Source: a bacterium BMS3Bbin08
Lineage (GTDB): Bacteria > Nitrospirota > Thermodesulfovibrionia > UBA6902 > BMS3Bbin08
DNA: 64,000 nt
Assembly: GCA_002897775.1 (NCBI GenBank)
Contig: BDTR01000042.1
Location: 61,280-125,279, forward strand
Direction of reading: 5' to 3'
Part shown: positions 58,292 to 64,000 of the stretch, in pieces
Position numbering within the stretch: position 1 is the first letter of the stretch
Layout of the letters: each line of letters starts with the position of its first letter
Made by a program: the position numbers and the translations under genes
Notes under the pieces: model-generated
Databases searched by the model: none
Told to the model about the DNA's origin: nothing
Seen by the model: the letters and a program-made list of their open reading frames with translations, nothing else

Positions 58292-59083
58292 ATGAACATT
58301 GAAACTCTCAGAAATATCGGAAAACAGCTGAGACAGGAGATCCCTCCCCTTGCAGTAAAACCTCACGGCACCGCTCCGATCGGCAAGGGTGCGGGCGGTG
58401 ACATGACCTTTGCGGTTGATAAAAAAGCTGAAGAGATCATTTTTAAGGAGATAGAAAAACTCAATGAGCCGGTCACCCTGGTGTCAGAAGAACACGGCAT
58501 TAAGGATATAAAAGGCGGCGGTCCAAATATCCTCATAGACCCCATAGACGGCAGTAAGAACGCCGTATCAGGCATACCTTTTTTCTCAACATCCATCGCG
58601 ATCGTGAATGGGGACACGCTGGGTCATATATCCATGGGTTATGTGATAAACCTTATTAACGGCGATGAGTTCTGGGCTGAAAAAGGTAAAGGAAGCTTTT
58701 TAAACGGCGTCCCTGTAAGAACACAGGAGGATGAGGTTCTTAATGTTATTGCGTACGAGGCTCAGACGCCAAAAGTGCACATACCTGAAATTCTCCCTCT
58801 GCTTTCACTTTTCAGAAGAACAAGGTGTCTTGGTTCAACAGCACTTGACCTGGCGCTCCTGGCAGCCGGGGCTGTAAGCGTGTTCGTTGCCCCTGCCCCT
58901 TCAAGGAGCTTTGACCATGCCGCTGGATATTTGCTGGTAAGAGAGGCGGGCGGGATCATTACTGACCTCAATGGAGAAGATATTGACAGTGTTCCCGTTG
59001 GGATAAAAAGGACGGTCGCGCTTCTTGCCTCAGGGAATAAAAAACTGCATTTTAAGGCCCTGGCGGCCTTAAAACGCTCATAG
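58292..59083 (+). CDS. Inositol monophosphatase / fructose-1,6-bisphosphatase family protein
   Basis: Metal-binding motifs EE..., IDPIDGSKN, WDHAAG-like (FDHAAGYLLVREAGG). Confidence 0.8.
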   Translation: MNIETLRNIGKQLRQEIPPLAVKPHGTAPIGKGAGGDMTFAVDKKAEEIIFKEIEKLNEPVTLVSEEHGIKDIKGGGPNILIDPIDGSKNAVSGIPFFSTSIAIVNGDTLGHISMGYVINLINGDEFWAEKGKGSFLNGVPVRTQEDEVLNVIAYEAQTPKVHIPEILPLLSLFRRTRCLGSTALDLALLAAGAVSVFVAPAPSRSFDHAAGYLLVREAGGIITDLNGEDIDSVPVGIKRTVALLASGNKKLHFKALAALKRS

Positions 59084-59084
59084 C

Positions 59085-59208
59085 TGATAGCTCATAGACA
59101 AAATGACCGTTATACGCCTGCCCCGTAGTCTAGTCACGACAATTGTGGACTTTACGGGGTTAATAGTTGTTCGTTAATCGTAAACAATTCCATAAATGCA
59201 AATCATAG
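59085..59208. repeat. Family Y repeat, right (inverted) arm
   Basis: Reverse complement of 49784-49912. Confidence 0.85.
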
Positions 59209-59254
59209 TTCATATTCTCTCTACTCTCTACTTGCTACATGCTACTTTATTAAG

Positions 59255-59620
59255 TTACGGCATTTGCACATTTAAGTCATAGCTTCCCACAGCTGTTCTA
59301 TCCGCAATGCCTTTTTTCCATAACAGGTCTATGACCTTTGCCTTTGACGCCCTGGGGATCATGATGATCAATTTTACTCCAGGGCCTGTCCCGACCATTC
59401 GGGACCATTCATCCGCCTTTTCAGAGGTTATGCCTTCAATAGTTTCAACCTCCACAACAGCAAGCTCCAGGCCGTGGTTGCTTAGTATCAGGTCAGGATA
59501 ATGCCCTTTGAACTCATGTTTTTGTTCCCCCTCAAGATTGATTTTAACTTCGTCATACTCTCTTGAGAGTTTTTGTTTCAGATGGTTTATCATCCAGTCA
59601 TGGATCGGATTTTTATTCAT
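59255..59620 (-). CDS. Hypothetical protein (possible PD-(D/E)xK-like fold)
   Basis: 121 aa; YPDLIL...ELAVVEVET...K spacing reminiscent of restriction-endonuclease-like core; weak. Confidence 0.25.
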   Translation of the reverse strand: MNKNPIHDWMINHLKQKLSREYDEVKINLEGEQKHEFKGHYPDLILSNHGLELAVVEVETIEGITSEKADEWSRMVGTGPGVKLIIMIPRASKAKVIDLLWKKGIADRTAVGSYDLNVQMP

Positions 59621-59623
59621 ATC

Positions 59624-60625
59624 TTATAATCTCCTCTTGTAAGAGAGGTTTATTATAAAATCAGGCGCGGCTGATTCATTGACATCCTCTGTTAAAGAAA
59701 GTTCGAACACATCATCTCCAGTGTCATACCTTCCGCCGAACGCAAGAAGGTACCCCGGCCTGTCAACCGCCTTCAGGTCTGTCTCAGGATATATAGATGA
59801 CTGCACCTGGATCTGCGTAAGCACAGAGAAATTCCTGCCCGCGTCCACTTCTATTGCGGCACCGCCATACACAAAATTCTTTAGATCTATTTTTTGGTAT
59901 CCACTGACATCGCCTGGAAATACAGCGCCGAAATTCCAGTATGTCATAATGAATTCGCCGATATTTTTATCAAGCAGCACAGAAATCCCCGCATCCACCC
60001 TTCCGTTACCATAACCTTTTTCAGCGTTTCCTGTGGGCAGTTCCAGGTCTCCTTTTAGAGCTAAATTGAACCCGTTCTCTGAGACAAGAGGTTTTTTAAG
60101 CGTAAGCCTGATATCGCCAAGCCCTATGCCTGTCTCACCCTTTATAATTAAAACATCATTCTGTCTTATCTCGTAAAGAAATTCGTTCCTTGGTCTCGCA
60201 TCCCTTCCATAGCCGCGAAAACCAAAAGTATCATGATAGTTTATGAGAAAGCCGTCCATAAAACCATCGCTAAACCACAACACAGGAACATCCAGGCCGA
60301 ATTCAACAACATCCCTTATGATCCTCTTGTACCTTAGATTAACCTCTGTAATTTCCATGTCAAGGGCAATAAGCCATGAGCCTGAAGACTGCACAGTATA
60401 AGTGCCTGAATGGGAAAGGCTGGCTGAAAAGGAGTTCTCCATCCGCGCCTTTTCCAGATACGGCTGGCCGGCATGGAGGAATATGGGGTACTGGTTCTTT
60501 ACCTGAAGAGGCCCGTCAAATGAATATGCCAATGAGGGAAGAACAAAGAGAGTGATTATCAGTATGAGAGATCTGACGCAGATTTTCATTGCGTCTAAAA
60601 TAACAGAGGGGAAGATGGATGTCAA
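59624..60625 (-). CDS. Secreted/outer-membrane hypothetical protein
   Basis: Signal peptide (MKICVRSLILIITLFVLPSLA), beta-strand-rich alternating pattern. Confidence 0.35.
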   Translation of the reverse strand: MTSIFPSVILDAMKICVRSLILIITLFVLPSLAYSFDGPLQVKNQYPIFLHAGQPYLEKARMENSFSASLSHSGTYTVQSSGSWLIALDMEITEVNLRYKRIIRDVVEFGLDVPVLWFSDGFMDGFLINYHDTFGFRGYGRDARPRNEFLYEIRQNDVLIIKGETGIGLGDIRLTLKKPLVSENGFNLALKGDLELPTGNAEKGYGNGRVDAGISVLLDKNIGEFIMTYWNFGAVFPGDVSGYQKIDLKNFVYGGAAIEVDAGRNFSVLTQIQVQSSIYPETDLKAVDRPGYLLAFGGRYDTGDDVFELSLTEDVNESAAPDFIINLSYKRRL

Positions 60626-60652
60626 ATGATGCTTATTCCGGAACGGCCGGTT

Positions 60653-63600
60653 TTAAAGCCCCTCTTCTTTGAGCTGATACCACTTAATTTCCCACCATTT
60701 GAGAAGTTCATCTGTCATTATCCTTATTGATCCCACGTCCAGTGTTGTCACTTTACTTAGACTTTGGGCGGCTTTGATTATATCTTTAATATTCTTCTCA
60801 ATGTCTTCACTTGATATAACATTTCTATTCAAGACTTTTTCGAGGCTGTTTACCGCATCATAAATCCTGACCAGGTCATCACCTTCAGCGTTTAAAGCAT
60901 TAAGTTGGGCTACAATCTCTTCCGCCATGCCCGGCAAATCTTCCTCTATACTTAATACGATCTCATCAGTGCTGTATTCAGAATATGATCCATTCTCTAA
61001 ATTCGACAATACTGTTTCGAGTGTATATGAGCCTTCAATATCCGGAAGCTGCAGTAAGTAACTGAAAATAACCGATGTATCAGCATCCAGATACTCCTGC
61101 CAGGTTATTGTGTCGCCTTCCAGAATGCCACCCTCTGAAATCCCAAGTATCTCCACTTCAGAAGGTACTGTCTCCTCCACTTTAATATCAAAAGCACCAT
61201 CCACAGCATCTACCTTTATTTGAACCTCAAGAATACTGCCGGGATATTGAGTGTATTCTATTGGAGCCGCATAATTTATAGAGTTTTCGAATATGTCTGC
61301 CATCAGGGACTCTTCCTCTATATCTATCGGATTGAAAACGAAAAGAACAGTTCTACCGGCCCCAAAATCATTGGCTGTTATAGCAGGCAAATCTGACCCT
61401 TCAAAATACCCAATAACAGACGCAGTTGTCGTGTCTATCTTCACAGAATTACCTGCAAGATTTATCAGACCGCTGCCGGCTATTTCTGTATCAAGCGTTA
61501 CTATCACGTTGTCTTCATTGTTCACGCCGTAGGAATGAACTCCGAGAGCTTCCTTAAGATATGAGAGTTCCGATGGGTGAGTTTTTATAAAAACTATTCC
61601 TTCCCCTCGATATACTGCCTCTCTGAGCTCTTTCTGGAGTTCAGGATGAATTGATATATGATGGCCATGGGATTTATAGCTATGTAAATCAACAATAATA
61701 TAAGTGTTATAGATGCCGGATCTGAGTTCAAGGTAGAAATCATCCTCCTCTGTTACAACCTTATACAGGGCACCCATATCTTCAAGGGCGCTCTCTATAA
61801 ATTCTTTTGTCTGAACTATAGTTGGATCATCACCCTTATGCTTACCACACTGGTGATTTTCATCTCCAATCCATACAAGGGTATTTAATGCCGCGAATAC
61901 GGATTTAGACAGTTCCAGTTCTCCTATAGACAATGTAAGAGTGTATCTGTTTTGTTCGCTTTCATTTCCAACGTTATCAGCCGCTGTAAAAATAAAGATA
62001 TTTTCGCCGGGGATCAGATTGACATTGCTGAAAATAAACTCGCCCGTCACTGAATCGGCCTGTGTTGTAAAGATATTGATAAAGCCCATTTCAACTGTTG
62101 AGCCGGGTTCTGCCTGGCCGATTATATCAACTGTTTCTGTATCAACTGTTGAACCTTCAGGAGGTGATGTAATAACCGGCGGAAGCGGGGGAGTCATATC
62201 AATTGTAAAACTTATGGTTACGCCTGAAGCATTGCCGGCTCTGTCTGTGGCAGTTACGTCAAGTATGTGCTCACCCTCTGCTGTTATCACTGTTCCGCTT
62301 GCAAACTCCTCATTATTAAGCTTAATTATCAGTATATCCGGATTTTCGTCTATAACAGTGACTACAGGCGTTACATCAACATTATGGTACTGCCCGTCCT
62401 CAACACCGCTTATTTCTATAACAGGCGGTGTAAGGTCAACTATGACTGTAGTTGATACAGGCTCACATGTATTTCCAGTCTTATCTGTTGCCCTGAAGCT
62501 TATTGTATGTATGCCTTCATCAGTGCCTTCAGGAGTCCATGATGTTGAATATTTCCCCAAAGATGGATCTGAGGCCCGCAGCAGTTTCCAGGAGCCGTCA
62601 TCCATTTTGTATTCTACCTTCTCAATGCCTGACGCATTGTCCGCAGCCAGAACTGCAATATTTACCATTGAATTATGATAACTGCCTGAGACAGGTGAAA
62701 GTATTGATACCACCGGCGGCGTACCGTCTATTACTGTAAAAGATGAGCTTGATACGCTTCCGCTATCCTCTCCATATATATACTTAAGGCTTACTGTGTA
62801 GGTCTTAAGTCCATAACCTTCTGTCGGAATTATAAATTCTCCGTTCTGAACACCGCCGATCAAAAGGTCTGCTATCTCCTCATATGTTTTCATTACTGCC
62901 TGTGTAGCAGGATCTGTTACCAGAACTCTCAATACAAGACCGCTTGCATCAGCATTGCCATTGTTCTGTATGTCGTATTCGACGTTAACATTGTTTCCAA
63001 GGTCCACTACTGCCGGTGCGGCCTTGATACTTCCGGTGATTATTATGGACTCATTAACGCTGAACGCCGATGATTCGCTCGTAACGAGCTGTCCGTCAAC
63101 AAATATGTCCACGACTGCCGTATAATCTCCCGGCGTATTAAGCCCGGTATTCCATACAGAAGCAAGAGCGCTTGTTACACCGGGCAGAAGGTTTGTCAGT
63201 ATCCTGTTATCCGTGAATTTTTCAATGCCGTCAGAGTCAGTGATACTTACCGCAGCTGTCAGTTCAGGAATAATGTAATTAATTCCGTTATTTGTAACAT
63301 TAAAGCTAACTGTTACATCCTCGTTGGCATCATATCGAGTCTTGTCAGTCGCCGCAGTGAGGCCTATATCAACATCAGCCAGGATCTCAAAAGGTACAAT
63401 ATCCTCAGCCATTACATCAGGCGGATTCTTAAGGAGCGCATGCACGCTGTACGGGCCCGCGTACGTTGAACGCGTGTTCCACACAAAACTGTAATTTTCC
63501 AGTGCTCCATAAGCAAGATGGGTACTAATAATATCAATCGAAGTTACTTTATATCCATTCACATCTTCTACAAATATTTCTAAAACAACATCCCTTTCCA

Positions 63601-64000
63601 TACCGCTGTTGATAATTTCTATATTGATATTCACATCATCGTTGCTTGTGTATACATTAGAGTCAAGAGTGGTTGTCATTGACAGCCCCTCTTCTTCTAC
63701 TACTACAAAATCCCTCGTCGCGTAGTTGTTGGCTTCAGACTGCTCAACTATCTTATCCTCAGGATCAATAACAACAATTACCGTATTTATACCAACCTTG
63801 CCATCCGTATCCCAGCTAAATCCTACGGTTTCGCTTGAGGCGGCCCCCATATACGGAATCGTTTCCGACTTCACAAGTTCCAGATTGCCTGAGAAATCCC
63901 AGACATAAATATCAACATCCACATTCTCAGCCTCGCTTCCGCCTGTATTACGAACAACTACATTTATTGCTGCCTGTTCTCCTGTCAACGGATAAACAGG
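60653..64000 (-). CDS. Large extracellular Ig-like/CARDB multi-domain surface protein (5' end outside window)
   Basis: Over 1111 aa open to the window edge; repeated about 100-aa beta-sandwich modules rich in T/V/D/N (CARDB-like DVDIYVWDFSGN). Confidence 0.5.
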   Translation of the reverse strand, partial: PVYPLTGEQAAINVVVRNTGGSEAENVDVDIYVWDFSGNLELVKSETIPYMGAASSETVGFSWDTDGKVGINTVIVVIDPEDKIVEQSEANNYATRDFVVVEEEGLSMTTTLDSNVYTSNDDVNINIEIINSGMERDVVLEIFVEDVNGYKVTSIDIISTHLAYGALENYSFVWNTRSTYAGPYSVHALLKNPPDVMAEDIVPFEILADVDIGLTAATDKTRYDANEDVTVSFNVTNNGINYIIPELTAAVSITDSDGIEKFTDNRILTNLLPGVTSALASVWNTGLNTPGDYTAVVDIFVDGQLVTSESSAFSVNESIIITGSIKAAPAVVDLGNNVNVEYDIQNNGNADASGLVLRVLVTDPATQAVMKTYEEIADLLIGGVQNGEFIIPTEGYGLKTYTVSLKYIYGEDSGSVSSSSFTVIDGTPPVVSILSPVSGSYHNSMVNIAVLAADNASGIEKVEYKMDDGSWKLLRASDPSLGKYSTSWTPEGTDEGIHTISFRATDKTGNTCEPVSTTVIVDLTPPVIEISGVEDGQYHNVDVTPVVTVIDENPDILIIKLNNEEFASGTVITAEGEHILDVTATDRAGNASGVTISFTIDMTPPLPPVITSPPEGSTVDTETVDIIGQAEPGSTVEMGFINIFTTQADSVTGEFIFSNVNLIPGENIFIFTAADNVGNESEQNRYTLTLSIGELELSKSVFAALNTLVWIGDENHQCGKHKGDDPTIVQTKEFIESALEDMGALYKVVTEEDDFYLELRSGIYNTYIIVDLHSYKSHGHHISIHPELQKELREAVYRGEGIVFIKTHPSELSYLKEALGVHSYGVNNEDNVIVTLDTEIAGSGLINLAGNSVKIDTTTASVIGYFEGSDLPAITANDFGAGRTVLFVFNPIDIEEESLMADIFENSINYAAPIEYTQYPGSILEVQIKVDAVDGAFDIKVEETVPSEVEILGISEGGILEGDTITWQEYLDADTSVIFSYLLQLPDIEGSYTLETVLSNLENGSYSEYSTDEIVLSIEEDLPGMAEEIVAQLNALNAEGDDLVRIYDAVNSLEKVLNRNVISSEDIEKNIKDIIKAAQSLSKVTTLDVGSIRIMTDELLKWWEIKWYQLKEEGL

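Overview
This window reads as bacterial chromosomal DNA, roughly 47% GC, probably from an uncultured anaerobe. The standard genetic code applies and TGA is a normal stop. Most of it is conserved housekeeping. Called genes include a type IV pilus pilMNOPQ operon, tig-clpP-clpX, rpmB, infB-DUF503-rbfA-nrnA-truB, a four-subunit pyruvate:ferredoxin oxidoreductase operon (porGDAB), a PAS histidine kinase with a sigma-54 NtrC-type regulator, STAS-rpoD, trxA-trxB, ffh-rpsP-KH-trmD-rplS-rnhB (rimM is absent), rpsF-ssb-rpsR with a DUF507 pair, a GAF-GGDEF cyclase, uvrB, uvrC, a PfkB kinase and an IMPase/FBPase. Interspersed accessory content is described in part 2. The main items are: (1) a tRNA-Asn(GUU) gene split by a 633-bp group I intron that carries an HNH endonuclease ORF, followed by a small island (GIY-YIG nuclease, DUF1284, SemiSWEET, methyltransferase, HNH nuclease, IS200-like REP-associated transposase flanked by palindromic REPs, one REP lying in-frame inside the transposase gene); (2) a periplasmic rhodanese whose catalytic loop holds two in-frame TGA codons with rhodanese homology continuing downstream; (3) a recently duplicated beta-domain, once as a secreted protein and once fused to a PilZ-DUF4388-J-domain protein with seven perfect 39-bp coding repeats; (4) an operon of a 4-heme c-type cytochrome carrying a 23-glycine tract with an NHL beta-propeller; (5) an unusual density of at least six families of short interspersed intergenic repeats, two of which form inverted pairs bracketing multi-gene segments of 4.8 and 9.3 kb. 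No CRISPR array and no rRNA were found. The only RNA gene seen is the intron-containing tRNA.
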